44,399 nucleotides of DNA from Octopus bimaculoides (taxonomy: Eukaryota): contig NC_068981.1 in NCBI RefSeq assembly GCF_001194135.2, positions 67,318,565-67,362,963 on the forward strand, written 5' to 3'. Under the pieces are notes generated by a model that searched no databases, was not told the DNA's origin, and saw nothing but the letters and a program-made list of their open reading frames with translations. Shown one piece after another: positions 1-11,390 of this stretch. Position 1 is the first letter of the stretch, and each line of letters starts with the position of its first letter. The translations under genes and the position numbers were made by a program.

Positions 1-855
1 AAATGACCATTGAAAGGCAGTTTGTAAAATCATTTATTAACAAAAAAAGAAAAAAAAGAAGAAATAGGCATAACTGCCGATTGAAGTGAAATGTATAAAA
101 CACTATTATGGGAATGTTGATTTCCTTTTTTTTGTTATATTTTCTACTGTTATTCATTGTTTGACAAACAACATATTTATTTCTATTTTAGTTTGTTTCG
201 TTAATACAACGAAATTTGAAATATGTCAGTTTGCTAGTAAAATATTAAAGAAATTAACGAAACTACGTTTACGTTCGCTTTCAGATTATAGTTTATCTTT
301 CTAGAATATGCATATAATTAAATACTGCTGGTACTTAGCTTTGTGCTGAATAGAATTTAATTTAGTAGGACTTTGTAACAACTACATCCTATCTGTTCTT
401 CTTATGTCTTTTAAAGTGCCCAAATCGAAATAGAGTAAAATAGAATACATTACGTAGATAGAAATAAAATACAGTACATACAATGAAATGTCGTAAAGTG
501 GAATGTCGTAAAGTCATGTAGGATGGAACTTAAATCCTTTTTCTATTACTGATTCCATCTCGCTCTCAGTAACCGGTCAGTTCTTATCAAAATCCCTTTA
601 CATATGTAATATATGCATCTGTATATACCAATAATTTAAAGATTAGAAGAAGCAATTCATCAATTAGAAAAATGTTGGCGGCACAAAAGGATAAGGCTAC
701 TATTACGAAGACATGTTTATTGTTATCAAATTATGATGATGACATTCTCATAACACCTAAAGTAAGTGTCATAAGACACCATAAGAATCTAGACAAGTCC
801 GAGCACTAATTTGATGCTCACCTATTCTACGCTTGTACTGTCGTCTCCTCATCAA

Positions 856-858
<3 letters not shown>

Positions 859-893
<35 letters not shown>

Positions 894-904
894 ATACATA
901 CATA

Positions 905-978
<74 letters not shown>

Positions 979-1000
979 CATATAGATATATAGATATATA
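859..1000. repeat. compound microsatellite (TG)n-(TA)n-(TAGA)n
   Basis: Directly visible simple repeats. Confidence 0.97.
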
Positions 1001-1145
1001 TAGGTATAAGTTAGAGGAGTTTAAAACCTCTAAGGGTTGGTTAAATCCAAAGGCGCACTTAGTGATTAGCTGCGAAGGTAAGCCCTTGGTAAAGGTATAC
1101 GGTAGCAGGTAATTCAACGGGTAAACCGTACTTTAAATTATATAC

Positions 1146-1416
1146 AAGAAGTAAATGGAGGGAAAATAACAGGAAGAAGTTATTCGCTTGCGCTAGTAAG
1201 CCATTAATTTAATTAATTAATAAAGAACAGTGATAGTAATAGTACAATTACGATCGTTTCTGTTTAGCAGTTGTGGGAGTAGACATCATCAGAATGCGTA
1301 GTCATATGTAGAGATGAGAAGAGCGAAAGCCATAGGTAAAGAGAGTAAAAACAAAGAATGGTGAGTCTTACTCTATAATATACTTCTTCCTGTTATTTTT
1401 CCTCCATTTACTTCTT
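1146..1416. repeat. 35-bp inverted repeat (1146-1180 / 1382-1416) enclosing a hammerhead motif
   Basis: AAGAAGTAAATGGAGGGAAAATAACAGGAAGAAGT matches the reverse complement of 1382-1416 at 34/35 positions. Confidence 0.9.
1244..1297 (-). ncRNA. minimal type I hammerhead ribozyme motif
   Basis: Minus strand reads GCATT-CTGATGA-[TGTCTA...TAAACA stem II]-GAA-ACGATCGT-A-ATTGT. The core is intact, stem III is palindromic, the triplet is GUA, and stem I has 4/5 pairs including a G-U. Confidence 0.7.
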
Positions 1417-1418
1417 TC

Positions 1419-1452
<34 letters not shown>

Positions 1453-1512
1453 ATGTTTGTGTGTGTATGTGTGTGTTATAATTTAGAACAAATAGTAAAA
1501 AGTTGTCGTTTT

Positions 1513-1596
1513 AGTACTCGGAGTTTCGAATGTCGGAGCGAAAGCGAAGAGCTACGATGCATTCTCGTCGCTCCGACATTCGAAACTCGGATTACT
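1513..1596. repeat. fold-back hairpin, 21-bp perfect stem (1521-1541/1568-1588) extending to 29 bp with 2 mismatches
   Basis: GAGTTTCGAATGTCGGAGCGA is the exact reverse complement of TCGCTCCGACATTCGAAACTC; 26-nt loop. Confidence 0.92.
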
Positions 1597-1794
1597 GTTT
1601 GTTGTAAATTATAATATATATAAATAATCCTCTATTTATCTAATATCGAGTTTACTTATTGTTATTGTTATTATCATTACATATATATATATATATCAGG
1701 CAGCTTTTAAGCTAGTATATACATTTATTTGGTGTATGAGGGAATCAATATCCCTCATACACTAAATGTGCCAGCAACTTGAACAAAGACACAC

Positions 1795-1983
1795 TCAGGA
1801 GTAATGATGTGAAATCCTACCACCCATTAGGAAATCAACCGAAGGACAAACATAAGTAACGGTGCAAAATCCACGGTGGTGCTCCAGCATGACCACAGCC
1901 ATATGGCTGTACAAATAAAAGAATAAGAGAATGTATGTATATATGTATGTATGTACGTATGTATGTATGTATAGGTATGTATG

Positions 1984-2017
<34 letters not shown>

Positions 2018-2215
2018 TGGATGTAGATGTGTTTGCGTGCTTGTTTGGCATTGCGTGTGTGTCTTTGTTGGTGTGTGCAACTTTGTATCTGTGTTTGTCC
2101 CCCCGCCACCACTGCTACTAGTTGATGTTGCGTTTACGTCGCCGTAACACAGCGGTTCGGCGATAGAGATTAATAAAATATGTACCAGGCTTAAAAAATA
2201 GTAAATACTAGGCTC
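1795..2215 (+). mobile_element. two fragments of SINE family B (3' tail about 1878-1932; central part about 2075-2215) separated by (TATG)n
   Basis: GGTGCTCCAGCATGACCACAG and GTTTACGTCGCCGTAACACAGCGGTTCGGC match the full-length copy at 10594-11084. Confidence 0.8.
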
Positions 2216-2234
2216 AGTTCGTGCGTTTAAAATT

Positions 2235-2731
2235 CTTCAAAGCGGTGATCTAACTTGGCTGCCCATTTGCGTCCCCAAAACAGTTAGCATCACTTTTTTT
2301 CCGCGGAAAGTTCAGCCTTGGATTTCTTTTACGCTGACGATTCCAGGTGTTTCCTCTCCATACTCTGCCTTTCACATTCTGGCTGAAAGTGATGGACCCA
2401 GATCTCATCTATGACTTCTTTCTAAAAAAGCCTCGCCTTCACCCATTTTAGAGTCGAGAAAGCACTGATAGACCTCCACACGATTGCGCTTATGCACTTA
2501 TGCGCTTCGTACGTTCTTTTCACAACTGTTTCGCGCCGACGTAACAGAAGCTAAACTTGTTGTGGAAGATTTCATATTCAAAATCATGACTAATTTACAC
2601 AGAACATACCACTTCATCGTCGATCACTCGTTAGCATCACAAAGCACCACAAATCAACAATGCTCGAACGCTAAAAGAGTACGTGCAAAACGGCTCCAAT
2701 GCTTTGTTCCCAACTTGATCAGCCCTGGCTA
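2235..2731 (-). mobile_element. mariner (Tc1/mariner superfamily) transposase relic with internal deletion and frameshifts
   Basis: Minus-strand translation across frameshifts gives KRNRVEVYQCFLD..GEGEAFLER / VIDEIWVHHFQPECERQSME / GKKVMLTV. This matches the mariner first-catalytic-D motif (TGDETWVHHY.PE.KRQSMEW...SAGKVMLTVFW). A TIR-like TA-GCCAGGGCTGATCAAGTT lies at about 2712-2731. Confidence 0.85.
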
Positions 2732-3270
2732 AGGGAAGAAGTGTTTATATATATATATATATCTGTCAATGATCCTCGATAGCACTGCCAGGCCAGGGAA
2801 TTTTGAAAGTTATACATAGTTCTTTAGCCAAAATTTCTCTGGAAGAGAGCAGTCAGTTTATTTCATGTATTTTCCCCGAGAACGTCGTTGCTCTTCACCA
2901 CAATTAAGCTTCTAGAAAACGCTAACGTCGATGTTTCACTAATCACATTGTTCACGCTCATAGAGGGCTGTGAGTGCTTGACAACACATGTGTTGATCGT
3001 CTAGGAATCTTCATTGCTGCTGCTGACTCAGCACATCTCTACACAGCAACCTCGGTAACCGAAGACCTCATCTAGAAGGTATCGGCAGCGGATAGACTAC
3101 ATAGCCAGTAGAACACATCTTAAAAAAAGAATAAAAAGAATAAAATGGAAGAGCATAGGTCTCTATCTAGTGAAACTGAGACGAATTTTGTTTTTTATTT
3201 TTCTTATAATGGGAACTTTGATGGTGATGGTGTGGGTGCTGTCAACCTCATAAGTTTCTGCATTAGGCAT

Positions 3271-3620
3271 CTACTTTTCTATGTTTGTTTGTGCGTGCCT
3301 CCTTACGTTGTGAAATGAAATTTTATGAACGAGCCAATTCGAAAACGGCGGAGAGTGGTTGCGCTCCTCCTTCTTTGTCTTCATTGCAGGCTTACCTAAA
3401 TTTCCAATATTTAATTCTGGTGACAAATCCATCATCTTTATCTTCATGATATAAGCACGCAAGAGAACAAGAGGATAAAATTCTTTCTTTTATAGGGTTG
3501 AGTGACTCTTCGCTTCGCTCCCTGTAACAAGTCTCGAAGCTAAATCGCCTGCTACCTGTGACGACTGCTTTCTGCCTGCATACCTTGTGCAAAAACTCCT
3601 CGACGTCTGCATGTGACACC
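3271..3620 (-). mobile_element. possible decayed ORF1 (gag-like) of an L1/Tx1-type LINE
   Basis: Two overlapping minus ORFs (3392-3619, 3271-3462) read as one protein-like sequence across a frameshift. IMKIKMMDLSPELNIGNLG loosely resembles LINE ORF1 motifs; similarity is weak. Confidence 0.3.
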
Positions 3621-4203
3621 CTTTGAACATGTCTATATTCTACTCCTATCTATTTCTCTAATTTTATGATTTCTCATGGTTTGGTCGCCTTACTGCAGCT
3701 CGCTACTCTACAGGATGTGGAACTTCTTACTGCCGTGGTAGTGGTGATGTTGTTTTTTGGTTTTAAAAAGCTCAAGTTTTGGTTAGTGGCAGAGAAGATG
3801 TTGCTATTGTTCTCTGCACGACGACAGAAACCGTGATAAAGGTGATGGTGTTTCCTAGTGCGATTTGAATTTATTGGACTGGAGGTGGCAATATTCTCAT
3901 TGTCAATGAAAGTGTAGTTCTCATTTTTTCAGAAGCCGCTCGTTGATAGTGTTGTGTTGTTGCAGTAGTGATGGCAGGAATTTTTGTCATTAGAAGACGA
4001 GTCTAGTCGCTGGTAGCAAAGATATTATCTTCTAGGAATATAATTTTAAGAATGTAAATTTTAAATATATTTCATTTCAACTCTAACAAATATTCATACT
4101 AGTAACGAAAACAATCACAATGAAGTCCCTAAAAGATTAAACAAACAATAATTGCTTTTAAACTTACGGAGTGAAATGAAATACATCTGAAAAATTTAAT
4201 AGT

Positions 4204-4204
<1 letters not shown>

Positions 4205-4246
<42 letters not shown>
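4205..4246. repeat. (AAT)n microsatellite
   Basis: Directly visible. Confidence 0.97.
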
Positions 4247-4599
4247 GTAATCACGAAAATTGCTTTCTTAGTCAAGAATATTACGGAGAGAATATTTTTA
4301 TTCTTACTTTTACCTTTTAAAATTCTATTTTACGACACTTGAAAATCATATTGATTTGAGGTTGGGAAAGAAGAAAAAATAGATTTACAATGATAAATCT
4401 ATTAGACGAGACTTTAGTGATCTTTCCTGAAATGAATTGCGAATTCATGTCGAAACACTATTAGCCGAGCGGTATTCATTATTCAACGACATCAAAGTTT
4501 TTAGATACAAAGTTAATAGATACAGGCTAAAGGGAAACCATTATTTTTCATTAATTTGAAGAATACATAAATAAGACGTATAGCACAATGACGATGGTA

Positions 4600-4655
<56 letters not shown>

Positions 4656-4695
4656 CAACAACAACAATGATGATAATAATCATGATATTAATAAT
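4600..4695. repeat. (AAT)n/(AAC)n microsatellite
   Basis: Directly visible. Confidence 0.95.
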
Positions 4696-5299
4696 AATCT
4701 TTCTTCTCAACTAATATCTTACTAGTCCTTTCTGTATTGGCCACATGATCAGTACGCATCCATTCAAAACGTGTTATGTAAAACGATTACAAAGAAACGT
4801 GTTGTGGTTTACGTATGCAATAAAATAGAGGAAGGGCAAAGCGTAATACAACTTAAAAAATAAGGGCAGCACGTCCGCCTTCGGTCTCATAGTTCAGAGA
4901 AGTTGATCAGGGCTTAAGTTCTGCTCTCAATCCTTTCAAGTTAGTCCATTATATCCCTAGCGCAATAGCCCCCACCCCCCCAAAAAAAAGGAATAACTGG
5001 GCAGAAGGGTGATCTTTACAATAAAATGAGCTGATATCCAGCTCTATCCAGAGTGGAGAAAATATATTGCAACTCATCTTGTTATGTTATAAACCATTTT
5101 TATTAGAGAAGTGAACAACACAGTCGATTGAGCCATCTTTCGTTGTTTACCTACGTCTCTGCGTTAAATGTCCAGGTCCCTTCGAGTTGATCAATGAAAT
5201 AAGTACCAGTCATGTACAGTGTCGATTAATTATTCGTGACCCTTTCTCAAAGAGTCTTTTAATGTCTCCATCTTAGAAATCAATATTAATACGTTCTTA

Positions 5300-8200
5300 A
5301 AAGTTCCATTCAAATCTTTCACTGCTCCACATGTTGTGTGTTTAATTACGTCTCCAGTATTGCCCCATGGAAGAGAGGCGATGGTGTTTATATCAGATTT
5401 TATCTGCTGTGGGTTTTGTTTTGTTTGAATTCATATTGCTCTTTTTGTGAGATCTTTTAATATATTAGAAACTAACCACGGAGAATATATGCTGTGAGAT
5501 ATGTTTCACTGAACTGAAAAGATCTTTATCAAGAATTATGTAATGATTAGCTTCTGTATAAAGTCGTGAGTACTGGTATGCTATGTACATTTTTAATGCG
5601 GTTCATTTTCTTTTATAATCCATTCTGATACTTCCTAATTCGCAGTTTGGTTGTTTTTTGTTCATTGATAAGAGATTTTTGTCTTCATAGCAGGATGATG
5701 ACTTACTCAAAAATGGATCACTATGGATATCAGGGTGTAGCAGCTTTCCTTCTCTTTATATGGGTGGATTGCTATGATTTGCTTGCCAGCATAAACAGAC
5801 ATGTGACAGCTGTTTCTAATATTGTTATTGAAATGAAGTGAATTTGCAGTTTTCATGGAGAATGTAGCTCATTATCTATTGGATATACGAACTACCCTGT
5901 CATGGATATTTTTTTGCTTTTGGAAATCTGGAAATGAAGTGGTGGTCGATTTTGCTGTGCTGGTATTTTCTTTTGGCGAAAACTAAACCTGTGCAGTACT
6001 ACAAGTATTAACGTATAACACTTTAGCCATTGTAGAGTTTCACTTTTCCCTCATTTCTGTGTCATCCTACAGAATAGTCATTAATTCAGCGTTTTTCAAT
6101 GGTCTTTAGAATTTAAGTTTTATATCATGTATAGTTACCTTAGGTATAATTAGCTTCTACTTTGTACGTTACTGTTTTCTGAAATATAAAAAATTATGAT
6201 ATTTTAGTTTTTCAACTGTTTCTTGAATACTATACTTATTAGTATGTCATTACTGGGCATTTATGTAGAGTCAGTGTGGCTGCACCCTAATAGAACTCAA
6301 TTCGGATCACACCGTTCCCTAGTAGCACATGATGACAATATCATATCTATAATTAGTTTAAAATAATGACATTAGGATGCAGAGAACAGTTTTACTACTC
6401 ATCTATATATAGGCGCTTCACTCCATTTAACACCTAATTCAAAACAGTGAAGCTGTCGTTTAAAACTAGAATGGCAGTTTGCAATTCCTATCATCTTATT
6501 TTCTTCTCAGTACTGGGAACATATTGTAATATTCGTTTCTATGTTGTATCCTTCTCGTTAATGCTTGTATTGTTCTATTGTAATGCTCGGATTCCAGCCT
6601 TAAATAAAATGTAATATCTTGCATTTTAATTAATTTTCCTTTTTTTAGATTAGCCGTAGCATATTTGTTTACTTTTACACTCAGATACCACTAGCAAATC
6701 CAGAACTCCAAGAATATAGCCACTTCTACATTATGTTATGCTATATCACACTATGCTGATACGGTTTCATATAATCCAAACATGCTTTTTTACAGACTAC
6801 ATGTCTGCTAACAAAATATAAGATTTTTCTTTTAGGCATGATCATTTTTTTTTGTTTTAGTTTTATTAAACAGGTTCACATTGTGTTATAAGAGTTGCTA
6901 ATAATTTACCACGAGGTTTTTACCTCTCCTCAACTAAAAAAAAAAAGACAAAAAACACAAAGACAATTATAATAATTTATGTATGTCATTCAGTACATGA
7001 CCACTCACCTAAAACATATAATATGAAGTTAACTGCTTTTCAATACAAATATAAACACTGGGAATTTGATTTATAAAATTACGTAAGGTGTCGGAATAAT
7101 AGTGGGGTAAAGTATGTTTCTGAAAAATGTTGTTTCTGATTGTATTTACGATCTATTTCTTTTGCATAGTATTTATTTTGCATTGTTATTAATAATTTCT
7201 ATTCTGACATGGCGTGTTTATATACTAGCATAATAAAGATGCTATTTTCTTTATTTGCATTGTTCCTTTACCCAAAGTTGGGGAATGTTGACGAAAAAAT
7301 TTAGTTAATCTATGCCACGTATAGAATATTATTACTTTTGTTTTCTATTTCTAATAATTACTAGGTCTTTCAACAGGTATTATTTCAATCTACATATCAT
7401 TTCCCAGTACTCCTGCTGTTCCTAAAGTAAAATAACATGTTACAAGTAGCCGCAAACGTTTTGAAGAGTGTNNNNNNNNNNTCTATTTCTAATAATTACT
7501 AGGTCTTTCAACAGGTATTATTTCAATCTACATATCATTTCCCAGTACTCCTGCTGTTCCTAAAGTAAAATAACATGTTACAAGTAGCCGCAAACGTTTT
7601 GAAGAGTGTGAATATCAGGAATAGATTTATATAGTTTTCGTAAACAAATTATTGACCTGTTGTTTTTGTGGGTCACTGAAGCGTTTACTTTTAGAAATAA
7701 ATAGTCTCGTCAACCAGTAGGTCGTTGCTTTTTGATGTGTAGTAATTCATCGAATACTGTTTCTGTAGCTTTCTGCACAGTTGCTAATTACTTTTAACAA
7801 CAAATTGGGGAACTTTATCCAATTCAGGAGCGTTCCAGCATTAACGACGTTGATGATCTTGATAAATACACACCTTTCTTAGGTATTCGTTTTCTAATCT
7901 ATTGTGGAGATCATTACTATACTGTACATTTTCACTTCATCTGCTTTTCTTGTATAAATGAATTTCTGCTGCTGAGGCTACTAGTGTTGTTTATCTTTTA
8001 TTGATGAAATGATATAATATTTCAGTATTTGTTTCAAAATATACGATGTTGGTGAGAAAAAGCAGCCGTGTTTATCAAATCTTTGGTTTGATAATTTGTT
8101 TTAGTATATCTGTTTTTTGTTACAAGGAGCTCTCCCGTTTTCTGGATATTGGATTTTCTTGATACATCTTTTATGCGTTTTTCTTTTCCAATTTCTATTT

Positions 8201-9250
8201 AACTTTTTATGGAACTTTGCTAACGATGTTCTGGATTTGTAATTCCGGAATAATATATTTTGTTTCGACTATTTATGTGGGTCTGCGTGAAGGCTTGGTT
8301 CATACTATTACATTAGAATCCAGTTAACCTCGATACTGCTATATTTAATGATAGCTTTCTTGTATTTAGGGTTGCATCTGTGGGAAGAATTACGCGAAAG
8401 GCTTGTAATTGGCTATTATTTTCCCAAAATATTTGTTTCTGTAGATTGGAAAGAGGCTTCCGCTGATCAAAATCTATCTATTCAGTAATGACTTCTCTTT
8501 TCTTCATTGCTCTTCTTTTGTTGCTATTGTCGTTGTTGATGTTGTTGATGTTGCTTTGACTGTTATTTCGAGCATATCCAAAGACTAAGTAATGATGCCC
8601 TCGCCGACCCTTGGTTCTTTTTTTTTTGTTGAGATCAGTGTTATTAGACTGCACATGTGCATGGTCAATAGTCTATTTTTGTTTTAGTTGATTCCGTTTT
8701 AGCTGTGTATGGCCTGATTTTTTTCAATGAGTTCTTTTGTAGCTGTTATCCCCATGTTGGAGTCTTGTTCTTTCAGCCATTGTTTATATGTGTTCTATTG
8801 ATTTATCATTTTACTGTTGCAATCAGGTTTGTTGTGTTATTTACATTGTATTTTAAGAGAACAATCATAAACTATATATCAGTTGTACTGCAAGTGATAA
8901 TATGTTTTGTGTGTAGTGAGTTCCGATGCGATACTCTCATTGGTTTACGCCTTGATCAATTCATTTGTTTTATGTTCAGTGAATATTCTTTTTCTAAGTT
9001 ATTCTATTTCTGAGGACTTAATTATCTATTATATATTTTCGTACATCTGTTGATGTATTTTAGTATAGTTTTTGTATTCTCCAGATATCGTACATCATTT
9101 TTATGGTGTTAGTGTATCTCAGCTATAGAGAGGCTGTACATAAGATTATGACACTTCTAAGTATTGGTTTTTTTCTCTATCATTCTTTTACAATTTTTAT
9201 TTGATTTGCTGTACTGGTGAAGTAAGAAGTAGGCTGCATTGTATCAGCTT
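5300..9250 (-). mobile_element. possible ancient, heavily decayed L1/Tx1-like LINE (APE endonuclease traces about 7550-8100)
   Basis: Broken minus-strand peptides in the order expected for an APE domain: AEIHL (QEIH-like), KGVYL, GTLLNWIKFPNLLLKVI (GR.L.V.I...I.IINVYAP-like) and FDELLHIK. There are many stops and no clean RT motif. Confidence 0.3.
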
Positions 9251-9479
9251 GTATACTTGACTCCGTACGTGTGCACGTGTATGCAGGTGCGGGGGTGTGC
9301 GTGCAAAGGCGTGTGCATATGTAGAGAGAAGAGTCTATCTGAGCGTTCATATTGGATACCTTCCGTAAGATTCACTCTTTAAATACTACGACGTTGCACA
9401 TAAAAACTGGTGATGAATATTTCTCTTTTTTTTTTACGTAAGTCTAATAGTGATTTAAAATTTAACCACAAGACCAACA

Positions 9480-9697
9480 AGTTTGGGGGAGGGCCTAACT
9501 CAATAATATCGACCCCAGTACTGAGCTGGATCTTATTTTATCGGCTCCAGTGCTGAGTTGGATCTTATTTTATCGACCTCGAAAGGATGAAAGGCCAAGT
9601 CGATTTCGGTGGATTTGAAAACCAGCACATGTAGACGGAGGAAACGTCACGAAGCATTTTGGCCGGCGTGCTAACGATTCTGCCAGCTCGTCACCTT
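9480..9697 (-). mobile_element. tRNA-headed SINE family A copy (with internal about 32-bp tandem duplication)
   Basis: Reverse complement begins AAGGTGACGAGCTGGCAGAATCGTTAGCACGCCGGCCAAATGCTTCG and matches the plus copies at 9713-10101. Confidence 0.88.
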
Positions 9698-9712
9698 TGT
9701 ATGTATTAATAT

Positions 9713-9870
9713 TGTCTTTACGTTCTGAGTTCAAATTTCGCCGAGGTCGACTTTGCCTTTCATCCTTTCGTGATCGATAAATTAAGTACCAGTCGCGTAC
9801 TAGAGTCGATCTAATCGACTGGCCACCCTCTCCACAAATTTCGGGCCTTGTGCCTAGAGTAGAAAATAAT
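9713..9870 (+). mobile_element. 5'-truncated SINE family A copy
   Basis: GAGTTCAAATTTC (B-box-like), CCTTTCATCCTTTCG, GATAAATTAAGTACCAGT and CGGGCCTTGTGCCTAGAGTAGAAA are shared with other copies. Confidence 0.9.
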
Positions 9871-9885
9871 ATTTTACATTACTTT

Positions 9886-10101
9886 AAGGCGGCTAGCTGA
9901 TAGAAACGTTAGCACGCCGGGCGAAATGCTTAGCAGTATTTCGTGTCTTTACGTTCTGAGTTCAAATTCCGCTGAAATCAACTTTGCCTTTCATCCTTTC
10001 GGGGGTCGATAAATTAAGTACCAGTTGCATACTAAGGTCAATATAATCGACAGGCTCCCTCTCCCAAAATTTCGGGCCTTGTGCCTACTGTAGAAAGGAA
10101 T
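9886..10101 (+). mobile_element. near full-length SINE family A copy
   Basis: Pol III-like A-box region and GAGTTCAAATTCC B box; same body as 9713-9870, 33803-34020 and 37512-37718. Confidence 0.9.
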
Positions 10102-10593
10102 ATTGGCGTCGATTTAGCAGCTTCGTACAAAAAAAAGAAAAGAAAAAATCAGAGAAAATTCATACTGGTATTTTTTCGGGTTGTTTACGTTCAGAGTTCA
10201 AGTGCTGCAGAAGTCAGTGTAAATTTTATCCTTCATGCTGAAATATAGCCCCGGTCGAGTGCGGTTGATTATAGAAATTTATGAAGGTTCAGAAAAAAAA
10301 AGTTTACTTTCGTATGTTTTGAGTTCGAAATCTTTTCGTTCTTTCGGGACCAATAAAATAGTGATCCGCAGTCACAACTGTGTGTCATCTCGCAAATAAT
10401 GAATCTCTGACGCATTCAACAATCAAATTATACCTGATTGAGAGTTATGGTTTACTTATAATCGATTGAGCAACTATCAAATATTCGAAGGTATTTTTTA
10501 GAAAAAAAAAAAATTAAGTAATGTAAATTTCTAGCATTCATCTTACACCATATGAATAAAAAATTAGAATCTGTATATATTGTCAGCACAATT

Positions 10594-10756
10594 GGACGCA
10601 GGCGTGGCAGTGCAGCAAGAAGCTTACTTCCCAACCACATGTTTTCAGGTTCAGCCCTCCTGCGTGGCAATTTGGGCAAGTATCTTCTACTCTAGCCTCG
10701 GGTCAACCAAAGCTTTGTGAGTGGATTTGGTAGAGGGAGACTGAAAGAAGCTCATC

Positions 10757-10814
<58 letters not shown>

Positions 10815-11084
10815 GTGTGTGTGTGTGCGTGCGTGTGTGTGTATGTGTATGTGTGTGTGCGTGTTTGAGTCTGTGTTTGCCCCCTCATCACCGCTTGAAA
10901 ACCGGTGCTGGTGTGTTTACGTTCCCGTAGCTTAGCGGTTCTGCAAAACAGACCGGTAGAATAAGTACTGGGCTTAAGAAATAAGTCATGAGGTCGATAT
11001 GCTCGACTAAAAAGAAACCCTACAACGTGGTACTCCAGCATGGCCGCAGTCAGACAACTGAAACAAGTAAAAGAATAAAAGAAT
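10594..11084 (+). mobile_element. full-length tRNA-headed SINE family B with internal (TA)n(TG)n microsatellite
   Basis: tRNA-like head (GGCGTGGCAGTGCAGCAAG...GGTTCAGCCC), body, and tail GTACTCCAGCATGGCCGCAGTC...AAAAGAATAAAAGAAT; partial copies lie elsewhere in the window. Confidence 0.9.
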
Positions 11085-11108
11085 ATTGTCTTGTTTACTT
11101 ACTCACTC

Positions 11109-11390
11109 CTAAACCTCGGGAAAAACAATATTCTTGGTTTTACTTTGTAGTGCTACAATGAAGACTTACTCAGGGTTCCCTACTCTTGAACCGTCAACAT
11201 AAAAGTCAAGTCGAACAATTTTCAACGATTGTCCTTCAGATTTGCTGATATTAATTGCGAAACTGATACTGACAAGAAGTCGACGTCTTTAAAATCCACC
11301 TGCTAAGACACCTGACTTCAATGGTCTTGTAAAATGAAGCAATTGACACCAGTAAGTTTTCCTGTCCTGATTGTTGAATTGTGGGAATGA
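11109..11390 (-). mobile_element. Helitron Rep-Hel PIF1-like helicase C-terminal relic
   Basis: Minus frame reads F*RRRLLVSISFAINISKSEGQSLKIVRLDFYVDGSRVGNPE*VFIVALQSKTKNIVFPEV*. This matches the Helitron/PIF1 end motif FKR.QFP.RLAFAMTINKSQGQSL..VG.DL...FSHGQLYVA.SRVG......KT.NIVY.EVL, with the FSHGQL segment deleted. Confidence 0.85.

Noticed and set aside
2776-3110. GC-richer block with FWLK..FPGLA on minus, hAT-dimerisation-like
   Set aside because: Similarity is too short and the frame has several stops; cannot be assigned.
4426-4460. CTGAAA-TGAATT-GCG-AATTCA-TGTC-GAAAC
   Set aside because: Core lacks G8, spacing is wrong, and no stems I/III follow.
7344-7609. Exact 128-bp direct repeat (7344-7471 / 7482-7609)
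   Set aside because: The copies flank a 10-N gap; this is the signature of an unmerged contig overlap.
10594-10680. tRNA-like sequences (also 33700-33776 and SINE A heads)
   Set aside because: They are SINE heads continuous with SINE bodies; no complete cloverleaf.
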